Source: Myxococcota bacterium
GTDB taxonomy: Bacteria; Myxococcota_A; UBA9160; UBA6930
Direction: 5' to 3'
Assembly: GCA_965223705.1 (NCBI GenBank)
Contig: OZ245015.1
Coordinates: forward strand, 704,001-768,000
Length of the DNA stretch: 64,000 nt
Position 1 is the first letter of the stretch. Every line of letters begins with the position of its first letter. Of this stretch, positions 10,118-17,416 are shown in pieces. The notes under the pieces were generated by a model. That model saw nothing but the letters and a program-made list of their open reading frames with translations. It was not told the origin of the DNA and did not search any database. The position numbers and the translations under genes were made by a program.

Positions 10118-11977
10118 ATGAGCGAGTTCGATTCGGATTCTTCAGACGGACGAGGAGGCCCCTCGGGCCGGAGATTTGGGCGCGGCGATCGCCGTCCCGT
10201 CCCGGTATCTCCCCGCGGCGAGCGGGGGGGCGACGGGGAGCGTGAGCGAGCCATGGCCCGGTCTTTCCAAGAAGAAATTGAAGACCTCCGGGAAGCGATG
10301 CGCTTCTTCGGGGGCGATTCAGTGGAGTTTCGCCGCCGCTTAGACCGCGTGCTGGCCGAGCACGAGGCGCTGCGCCGTCGCTTCCACGTGTCTCGCGAAC
10401 AGCTGACCGACGCCGAGCGGCAGAACGAGAAGCTCGTGCACACGTTGCAGGAAGCGAAGCAGCAGATCGAGCTGCTGAAAGAGGAAGTCGACAAGCTCTG
10501 CGCGCCGCCGAACACTTACGGCGTCTACCAGCGCTCGAACAAGAACGGAACGGTTGAAATCGTCGTGGACGGGCGCCACATGCGCGTCAATGCCCATCCC
10601 GATCTCGATGTCTCGACGCTCGAAGAGGGCCAACTGGTCGTCCTGAACGAAGCGTTCAACGTCGTCGAGTCGTCGGGCTTCACGCAACGCGGTGAGATCG
10701 CGGCGGTTGTCGAGTTGCTCGGCGACGGTCGGGCGATTGTCCTCGGGCACACGGACGACGAACGCGTCGTGACCCTCGCGTCACCTCTGCGAGCCGGCAA
10801 GTTGAAGGCCGGGGACAACATCCTGTTCGACCCGCGCACGCAGTACGCGTTCGAGAAGATGCCGAAGTCCGCGGCCGAAGAAGTCGCGCTGGAAGAGATT
10901 CCGGACGTGACGTATTCGAACATCGGCGGACTCGACGAGCAGGTCGAGATCCTGCGCGACGCGATCGAGCTTCCCTACATGCACCCGGAAGTGTTCCTCG
11001 AGCACAAGCTGTCGCCTCCGAAGGGCATCCTGCTCTACGGCCCTCCGGGCTGCGGCAAGACGCTCATCGCAAAGGCCGTCGCGAACAGTCTCGCGAAGAG
11101 CATCGAGAAGCGTACAGGGCGGGCCACGCCGGCTTACTTCCTCAACGTGAAGGGCCCGGAGCTTCTGAACAAGTACGTCGGCGAGACCGAGCACAAGATT
11201 CGCGAGGTCTTCCGACGCGCCCGCGAGAAAGCGAACGAAGACGTCCCGGTCGTGATCTTCTTCGACGAGATGGATTCGCTCTTCCGCATGCGCGGTTCGG
11301 GCATCTCCTCCGATATGGAGGCGACGGTTGTCGCACAGTTCCTGTCGGAGATCGACGGCGTCGAATCGCTGAAGAACGTGATCGTGATCGGCGCGAGCAA
11401 CAGGCAGGATCTCATCGATCCGGCGGTGCTCCGCCCGGGACGCCTCGACCTGAAGGTCAAGGTCAATCGCCCGGACGAAGCTGCCGCGCGCGACATCTTC
11501 TCGAAGTACCTGACGACGGATCTTCCGTTCCACGCGGATGCGGAGCGCCACTACGGCAGCGATCCGGCGAAGATCGTCGACGGCATGCTCGCCGAGGTCA
11601 TCGAGGGCATGTACTCGACCGGAGAAGAGAACAAGTTCCTCGAGGTGACCTACGCCAAGGGCGAGCGTGAGATCTTCTACTTCAAGGATTTCTCGAGCGG
11701 CGCAATGATCGAAAACATCGTGGCGCGCGCCAAGAAGAAGGCCGTGAAGCGGGCGATCGACCACGACGAGCGTGGTATCAAGGCCGACGATCTCCACGAA
11801 GCGGTGCGGGAAGAGTTCAAAGAGAACGAAGATCTTCCGAACACCACCAACCCCGACGATTGGGCGCGGATCTCCGGACGCAAGGGCGAGCGCATCATCA
11901 ACGTGCGCACGCTCATCACCGGGATCAGCCGCAAAGAGCGCTCGATCGAGAACATCGAGTCGGGGCAATACGTCTAG
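10118..11977 (+). CDS. arc: Proteasome-associated AAA ATPase ARC/Mpa
   Basis: N-terminal coiled coil, LCAPP plus OB-type interdomain, Walker A GPPGCGKT, ELLNKYVGETE, Walker B FFDEMD, ENEDLPNTTNPDDWARISG, C-terminal GQYV (GQYL-type); GGAGAGG RBS before ATG 10118. Confidence 0.97.
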   Translation: MSEFDSDSSDGRGGPSGRRFGRGDRRPVPVSPRGERGGDGERERAMARSFQEEIEDLREAMRFFGGDSVEFRRRLDRVLAEHEALRRRFHVSREQLTDAERQNEKLVHTLQEAKQQIELLKEEVDKLCAPPNTYGVYQRSNKNGTVEIVVDGRHMRVNAHPDLDVSTLEEGQLVVLNEAFNVVESSGFTQRGEIAAVVELLGDGRAIVLGHTDDERVVTLASPLRAGKLKAGDNILFDPRTQYAFEKMPKSAAEEVALEEIPDVTYSNIGGLDEQVEILRDAIELPYMHPEVFLEHKLSPPKGILLYGPPGCGKTLIAKAVANSLAKSIEKRTGRATPAYFLNVKGPELLNKYVGETEHKIREVFRRAREKANEDVPVVIFFDEMDSLFRMRGSGISSDMEATVVAQFLSEIDGVESLKNVIVIGASNRQDLIDPAVLRPGRLDLKVKVNRPDEAAARDIFSKYLTTDLPFHADAERHYGSDPAKIVDGMLAEVIEGMYSTGEENKFLEVTYAKGEREIFYFKDFSSGAMIENIVARAKKKAVKRAIDHDERGIKADDLHEAVREEFKENEDLPNTTNPDDWARISGRKGERIINVRTLITGISRKERSIENIESGQYV

Positions 11978-11980
11978 GGC

Positions 11981-12002
11981 CCCGGCCCTCCGGAGGGCCG
12001 GG
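11981..12002. repeat. Perfect 22-bp palindrome/stem-loop between arc and dop
   Basis: CCCGGCCCTCCGGAGGGCCGGG is its own reverse complement. Confidence 0.85.
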
Positions 12003-12031
12003 AGCTTTGCAACCGCGATTGAGGAGCCTGG

Positions 12032-13516
12032 ATGGCGATACCCAAAGTGATGGGTACGGAGATCGAATACGGAATCACCGTTCAAAACGACAGTGACTTC
12101 GATCCCATTTCCAGCTGCGTCCTTTTGGTCAACGCCTACCGCGAAGACCACGAAGGGCAGATCCTCTGGGATTACGATCAGGAAAATCCGCTAGCAGACG
12201 CCCGCGGTTTTCAGGTCGACGGCGAGAAGTACACGCCGAACCAGCAAGAGAACATCGCTCGCAACAAGACGCTGGTGAACGGCGCGCGCTACTACGTCGA
12301 CCACGCGCATCCGGAGTACTCCTGCCCGGAAGTGACGAACGCCCGGGATCTCGTGATCCACGAGAAGGCCGGCGAGCGCATCCTCGAGTTGTCTCGCCGC
12401 GAAGCGAACGCATTGCTCCCCGCCGGTACGCAGATGTTGATCTACAAGAACAACAGCGACCGGAAGGGCAACAGCTACGGGTCACACGAGAACTACTTGA
12501 TGGACCGTCGCACGTCCTTCAAGCAGATCGTCGAGTACCTGATGCCGTTCTTCGTAAGCCGTCAGGTCTACACCGGCGCGGGAAAGGTCGGCAGCGAAAA
12601 CCGCGCGCAGCCTTGCGACTACCAGACGAGCCAGCGATCGGATTTCTTCGAAACCGAAGTTGCGCTCGACACGATGGTGAAACGACCCATCATCAACACG
12701 CGCGACGAGCCGCACGCCGACCGCGAAAAGTATCGCCGCCTGCACGTCATCGTCGGCGACTCGAACATGAGCGAGTACACGATCTTCCTGCGCAACGGAG
12801 CGACGGCCCTGGTGCTCGAGATGATCGAAGACGGAGCGATCGACCGCGATTTCTCCCTGCGGGACCCCGTGCGCGCGATCAAGGAAGTGTCTCATGACAT
12901 CGCCTGCAAGCGCCCGCTGGAGTTGCAGAGCGGGCGCAAGCTCACCGCGGTTGAGATGCAAAAGGAGTATCTCGAGCTCGCCGAGCGCCACTTCGCGAGC
13001 CGGGAAATCTCCGAAGAGCAGCGCGACGTATTGAACAAATGGGCCTACGTGCTCGACACGCTATCGGGCGAGCCACGCGATCTGGCCCGTGAGATCGACT
13101 GGATCATCAAGCTCCAGATGATCGAAGGGTTCATGGACCGGAAGGGTCTCGACTGGGAATCGAGCCAGGTACAGATGCTCGACCTGCAATACCACGATCT
13201 CCGACCGAACAAGGGGCTGTACTACCTTCTCGAGAGGCAGGACAAGGTCGAGCGCATCGTGACGGACGACGAGATCACACGGGCGATCACACGTCCGCCC
13301 GAAGACACTCGGGCGTATTTCCGCGGAGAATGCCTGCGCAAATATGGAAGCGAGGTCTTCGGCGTGAACTGGGATTCGATTTCTTTCGGAATCGGCGACG
13401 ATCCCATCAAGCGCGTGCTGATGGCAGAACCCCTCAAGGGTTCGCGGCAACACGTCGAGGAACTATTGGCGACTTCGCCGACTGCGGCGGAGTTGGTCGT
13501 TAACCTCCGAGCCTAG
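12032..13516 (+). CDS. dop: Pup deamidase/depupylase Dop
   Basis: MGTEIEYG, Dop-loop WDY...PLADARGF, NGARYYVDHAHPEYS, YKNNSD.KG.SYGSHENYLM, PPEDTRAYFRG, NWDS; lies immediately upstream of pup. Confidence 0.95.
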   Translation: MAIPKVMGTEIEYGITVQNDSDFDPISSCVLLVNAYREDHEGQILWDYDQENPLADARGFQVDGEKYTPNQQENIARNKTLVNGARYYVDHAHPEYSCPEVTNARDLVIHEKAGERILELSRREANALLPAGTQMLIYKNNSDRKGNSYGSHENYLMDRRTSFKQIVEYLMPFFVSRQVYTGAGKVGSENRAQPCDYQTSQRSDFFETEVALDTMVKRPIINTRDEPHADREKYRRLHVIVGDSNMSEYTIFLRNGATALVLEMIEDGAIDRDFSLRDPVRAIKEVSHDIACKRPLELQSGRKLTAVEMQKEYLELAERHFASREISEEQRDVLNKWAYVLDTLSGEPRDLAREIDWIIKLQMIEGFMDRKGLDWESSQVQMLDLQYHDLRPNKGLYYLLERQDKVERIVTDDEITRAITRPPEDTRAYFRGECLRKYGSEVFGVNWDSISFGIGDDPIKRVLMAEPLKGSRQHVEELLATSPTAAELVVNLRA

Positions 13517-13543
13517 AACGATGGGTCCGGACGGGAGAGAGTG

Positions 13544-13816
13544 ATGAGTCGAAAATTCCGAGCGGAACACAGCGCCAACGCGAACGACGCAGCGTTTGGA
13601 TTCGTCCGCGCCGCCGAGAGCACCCAGAAGCAGAAACAAGGCGGCGGTGGCGAAGGCGGCGACGGTGAGAAGAGCGGCGATGGGGCCCAGAAGCTCGCCA
13701 AGAAGGGCGAAGAGCTCAAAGAAGAAATGGACGCGCTGGTAGACGAGATCGACGAAGTCCTCGAAGAAAACGCCGAGGAGTTCGTGAAGAACTACGTCCA
13801 GCGCGGCGGCGAATAA
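13544..13816 (+). CDS. pup: Prokaryotic ubiquitin-like protein Pup (GGE-terminated, N-terminally extended)
   Basis: C-terminal DALVDEIDEVLEENAEEFVKNYVQRGGE is the Pup signature; lies between dop and prcB; GGGAGA RBS before GTG 13541/ATG 13544. Confidence 0.95.
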   Translation: MSRKFRAEHSANANDAAFGFVRAAESTQKQKQGGGGEGGDGEKSGDGAQKLAKKGEELKEEMDALVDEIDEVLEENAEEFVKNYVQRGGE

Positions 13817-13838
13817 CAGCAACCAGCGAAGTACAGCG

Positions 13839-13865
13839 GCGGGGTTCGCGGAAGCGAAACCCCGC
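13839..13865 (+). other. GNRA-capped stem-loop between pup and prcB
   Basis: GCGGGGTTCGC-GGAA-GCGAAACCCCGC: 11-bp stem with one bulged A and no U-tract. Confidence 0.7.
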
Positions 13866-13900
13866 GACGGCGGTATCGCGCGACGGCGGAGGGGACGTCA

Positions 13901-14698
13901 GTGCGCTTCCGGTTTCACGATGGCTATTTCGGATCGAGCTTTTCCGAGCTCGTCGATTCGGAATGTCCCAATCTGCGACCCGATTTCGACAAATGGAAAG
14001 ACAACGCCGGGACGCTGAGTTCCGAGGGCACGACGGTGCTGGCGCTCCGGTACGAATCCGGCGTGCTGATGGCGGGCGATCGATTGGCGACCATGGGAAA
14101 CCTCGTCGCTTCCCGCGAGATCCAGAAAGTCTATGCAACCGATCCGCACTCGCTGATGGCGATCGCAGGCGCGGCAGGGCCCGCGATCGACATGGCGCGA
14201 CTCCTCCGGATTCAACTCGAACACTACGAAAAGATCGAAGGCGCCCCGCTCGAGCTCGAAGGTAAGGCCAACACGCTCGCAGGGCTGATCAAACAGCACC
14301 TGCCAATGGCGATGCAGGGTCTCGTGGTTGTTCCGCTCTTCGCGGGCTTCGACCACCGACGGCAACTGGGCCGCCTGTGGCGCTACGAGCCGACCGGCGG
14401 TCGCTACGAAGAGCGCAACTTTGACAGCGTCGGTTCCGGATCGATGTTCGCGCGCGAGTCGCTGAAGAAGTCGTATCACCAACAGCCGACGCGGGAGGAC
14501 GCGCTGCGGATGGCGGTCGAGGCGCTCACCGATGCCGCTGACGAAGATACGGCGACCGGCGGTGTCGATCCCATCCGCGGCATCTATCCGTTGATGAAAA
14601 TCTGTGATCGCGACGGCATCACGGATATCGCCGACGAGGAAGTCGGCGCGATTTACGAAACGATCGTCTCCGCGCGCCGGGACCGAGGAGTTCGCTAG
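13901..14698 (+). CDS. prcB: 20S proteasome beta subunit with 43-aa propeptide
   Basis: SSF propeptide motif, G|TTVLAL processing site (Thr1 codon at 14030), AGDR (Asp17), QKV (Lys33), GSGS, DxATGG; GGAGGGG RBS. Confidence 0.97.
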   Translation: MRFRFHDGYFGSSFSELVDSECPNLRPDFDKWKDNAGTLSSEGTTVLALRYESGVLMAGDRLATMGNLVASREIQKVYATDPHSLMAIAGAAGPAIDMARLLRIQLEHYEKIEGAPLELEGKANTLAGLIKQHLPMAMQGLVVVPLFAGFDHRRQLGRLWRYEPTGGRYEERNFDSVGSGSMFARESLKKSYHQQPTREDALRMAVEALTDAADEDTATGGVDPIRGIYPLMKICDRDGITDIADEEVGAIYETIVSARRDRGVR

Positions 14699-14700
14699 CC

Positions 14701-15399
14701 ATGTCGCTTCCGTTCTACGTCTCGCCGGAGCAGATGACGCAAGACAAGGCGGAGTTCGCGCGCAAAGGCATCGCGCGCGGGCGCTCCCTCGTTACGCTCG
14801 AATTCGCCGACGGCATTCTGCTCGTCGCGGAGAACCCGCTCAATCTCTCGAAGATCGGCGAAATCTACGATCGCATCGGGTTTGCCGGCGTCGGCAAGTA
14901 CAGCGAGTTCGATCGGCTCCGCCAGATGGGGATCCAGTACGCGGACATTCAGGGGTTCCGTTTCAGTCGGGAAGACGTGCGCGCGAAAGCCCTTGCGAAC
15001 CTGTATTCCCAGACCATCGGCGACGAGTTCAACCGCTCGATCAAACCGCTCGAGGTGGAAATCGTGGTCGCGGAAGTCGGCGACCCCGAAAGCCCCCACC
15101 ACGCCGCGAACTCGCTCTACAACGTCAATTTCGACGGCAGTATTCTCGAACTCGAAGGTCACTGTGTGATCGGTGGCGCGAACGAGAACGTCAAAAGGCA
15201 CGTAGAGACGAACTATCAGGAAAATATGCCCCTAGGGGAAGCTCTTCGTCTGGGCCGGGATGCACTACAGCGTGCAGAGAACGGCACCACGGACCTCCCC
15301 GCGGAGAGCCTCGAGGTTTGCTTGTTGGACCAGAACCGGCCCGGCCGAAAGTTTCGCCGACTTTCTGCCGATGAAGTTCGGGTTACGCTGGATCGGTAG
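14701..15399 (+). CDS. prcA: 20S proteasome alpha subunit
   Basis: MSLPFYVSPEQ...ARKGIARGRS N-terminus, KIGEIYDRIGFAGVGKYSEF, KPLEVEI, R.FRRL end, all typical of bacterial PrcA. Confidence 0.96.
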   Translation: MSLPFYVSPEQMTQDKAEFARKGIARGRSLVTLEFADGILLVAENPLNLSKIGEIYDRIGFAGVGKYSEFDRLRQMGIQYADIQGFRFSREDVRAKALANLYSQTIGDEFNRSIKPLEVEIVVAEVGDPESPHHAANSLYNVNFDGSILELEGHCVIGGANENVKRHVETNYQENMPLGEALRLGRDALQRAENGTTDLPAESLEVCLLDQNRPGRKFRRLSADEVRVTLDR

Positions 15400-15416
15400 G
15401 GAAGGCCGGGTCGGTC

Positions 15417-16823
15417 GTGCAGAAGCGCATTTTCGGAGTCGAAACCGAATACGGCATCATTTTCACGCCGGAGGGTCGTAAGACACTCCCGGTGGAGAAG
15501 GCGATCCGCTTCCTCTTCGAAAAGCTGATCACCACCGAGCACTTCCTCAACGTATTCCTCGAGAACGGCGCCAGGTTCTACCAGGACACCGGGTGCCACC
15601 CCGAATACGCGACGCCCGAGTGCGCGGCGCCGCGCCAGCTCATCGTCTACGACAAGGCCGGAGAGCGGATTCTCGAAGATCTTCAGAACTACGCCGAAGA
15701 GAAGATCCGGGAAGAGCGCATCGCCGGGAAGCTCTCCATCTTCAAGAACAACACGGATTTCGTGGGCAACAGCTACGGTTGCCACGAGAACTACCTGGTC
15801 GATCGCGACGTCGACTTCTACTACCTGGCCGAGCAGCTGATCCCGTTTCTCGTGACCCGGCAGGTGTACTCAGGCGCCGGCAAGGTCTTCCAGACGCAAG
15901 ACGGCGTTCATTACTGCGTCAGCCAGCGCGCGCAGCACATCTACCAGAAGATCTCCGGAACGACGACGAACGATCGTTCGATCATCAACACCCGGGACGA
16001 ACCTCACGCCGATCGCGAGAAGTATCGGCGCCTTCACGTGATCGTCGGCGACTCCAACATGTCGGAGTACACGAACTTCCTGAAGATCGGCGCTTGCGCC
16101 GTTGTCCTCCAGATGATCGAGGACAACTACATCAACAAGGACTTCACCCTGCGCAACCCGGTGAAGGCCATCAAAGACATCTCCCACGACACGACGTGCA
16201 AGCGGAAGCTGCGCCTCGACAACGGTCGCGAGTACTCACCCATCGAGATTCAGCGCGAATACTGTGAGATGGCGCTCAAGTACATCGAGGACTACCCGGT
16301 CAGCGATGAGCTCCGACAGTCCGTGTCGATGTGGGAGCACGTGCTCGATTGTCTCGAGGACGATCCCGACAAGCTCGATCGCAAGGTCGATTGGGTCATC
16401 AAGCGCAAGATGATTCAGTCTGTGATCGACAAGCGCGGCATGCGCTGGTCCGATCCTCGCATCTTCATGCTCGATCTTCAGTACCACGACATTCGCGTGA
16501 ATCGAGGCCTCTACTACCTCCTCGAGCGACGCGGCGCCGTGGACCGCATTCTGAACGACGACGAGATCATCAAAGCGAAGACCGAGCCGCCGCCGGACAC
16601 ACGCGCGAGGATGCGCGGCGAGTTCATCAAGCTCGCTCGCCAGAACGGAATTCAGTACGACCTCGACTGGTCGAATATCCGGCTCGGAAACTTGTTGAAC
16701 GTACGCGTGATTTGCAACAACCCCTTCGAGACCGACACGGAAAAAGTGGCCGAGCTCGTGAAGACGATCCAGAAGACCAACCTGCGCAAGACGAGCCTTT
16801 CGAAGCTCGTCATTCAATCGTAG
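15417..16823 (+). CDS. pafA: Pup-protein ligase PafA
   Basis: RIFGVETEYG, FLENGARFYQD.GCHPEYATPEC, FKNNTD.VGNSYGCHENYL, DLQYHDI, PPPDTRARMRGEFI and DW motifs; lacks the Dop loop. Confidence 0.95.
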   Translation: MQKRIFGVETEYGIIFTPEGRKTLPVEKAIRFLFEKLITTEHFLNVFLENGARFYQDTGCHPEYATPECAAPRQLIVYDKAGERILEDLQNYAEEKIREERIAGKLSIFKNNTDFVGNSYGCHENYLVDRDVDFYYLAEQLIPFLVTRQVYSGAGKVFQTQDGVHYCVSQRAQHIYQKISGTTTNDRSIINTRDEPHADREKYRRLHVIVGDSNMSEYTNFLKIGACAVVLQMIEDNYINKDFTLRNPVKAIKDISHDTTCKRKLRLDNGREYSPIEIQREYCEMALKYIEDYPVSDELRQSVSMWEHVLDCLEDDPDKLDRKVDWVIKRKMIQSVIDKRGMRWSDPRIFMLDLQYHDIRVNRGLYYLLERRGAVDRILNDDEIIKAKTEPPPDTRARMRGEFIKLARQNGIQYDLDWSNIRLGNLLNVRVICNNPFETDTEKVAELVKTIQKTNLRKTSLSKLVIQS

Positions 16824-16835
16824 GGCGCACCGACC

Positions 16836-17213
16836 ATGCCGGTGAGTGACGGTGGCGGGCATCTGCGGGCGGTTCCGGAAGGCGACGGTCCCGCCGAGGC
16901 TCCGTCGGCTCCTCCTCGCGCGTCCGGTTCCGGTGGCCGCGCGCGTATCGTGTTGCTGTCCGCCCTCGCCTTGGGACTCCTCGTCGCAGGCTTCGGTTGG
17001 TTTACCTCGCAGCAGCGCGCCACCGCCCTTCAGGCCAAGCTCGACGCGGTGAGCGGGCAGCTCCGCGACAGCGAGAACGCGCTCCGTGCGACGACTGAGG
17101 AGCTCGCGGCTCGTAGGTCTCACTTCGCGCGGGTGAAGAGCTCGGTCGACGCGTTGGCCGTCGAGCTCGACGGGCTCCGATCGGTCATCCGAGAAGAGCC
17201 GAAACGTCCGTAG
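16836..17213 (+). CDS. Hypothetical bitopic membrane protein with C-terminal coiled coil
   Basis: Starts 12 bp after pafA; one TM helix (IVLLSALALGLLVAGFGWF) followed by ~65 aa of heptad-like helix. Confidence 0.7.
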   Translation: MPVSDGGGHLRAVPEGDGPAEAPSAPPRASGSGGRARIVLLSALALGLLVAGFGWFTSQQRATALQAKLDAVSGQLRDSENALRATTEELAARRSHFARVKSSVDALAVELDGLRSVIREEPKRP

Positions 17214-17416
17214 CTCCCGCGTTCTCGGCCTCTCTAAGCGCAACCCCTGCGCAGTCTCTCATCAGAAACACGCAGTTGTAACGCTCTCGCGAGAGTCTTC
17301 CACGCTCACGCAAGAATTCGTCTAGGCACTGCAAATTGCTACTCAGCACAATGCGAAGCACGGCCGATACATCCTCCGGAGTCTAAGCCCCCATCTCCGT
17401 GCGGAGGATGACTGCG

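Noticed and set aside
10781..12151. Long antisense ORFs (this one and, for example, 27695-29143, 39492-40952, 47298-48599, 62597-63817)
   Set aside because: Shadow frames opposite well-supported genes, expected from high-GC codon bias; no recognisable motifs.
12032..13516. Calling this gene a second PafA because of its GDSNMSEY motif
   Set aside because: It has the Dop loop (WDY...DARGF), VDHAHPEYS and the dop position upstream of pup.
13544..13816. Calling the tag UBact rather than Pup
   Set aside because: It ends YVQRGGE with the EIDEVLEENAEEFV helix, which is Pup-type, not the R[ST]G[EQ] UBact ending.
17324..17340. sigma54-like AGGCACTGCAAATTGCT upstream of mreB
   Set aside because: GG-to-GC spacing is 11 nt rather than the strictly required 10.
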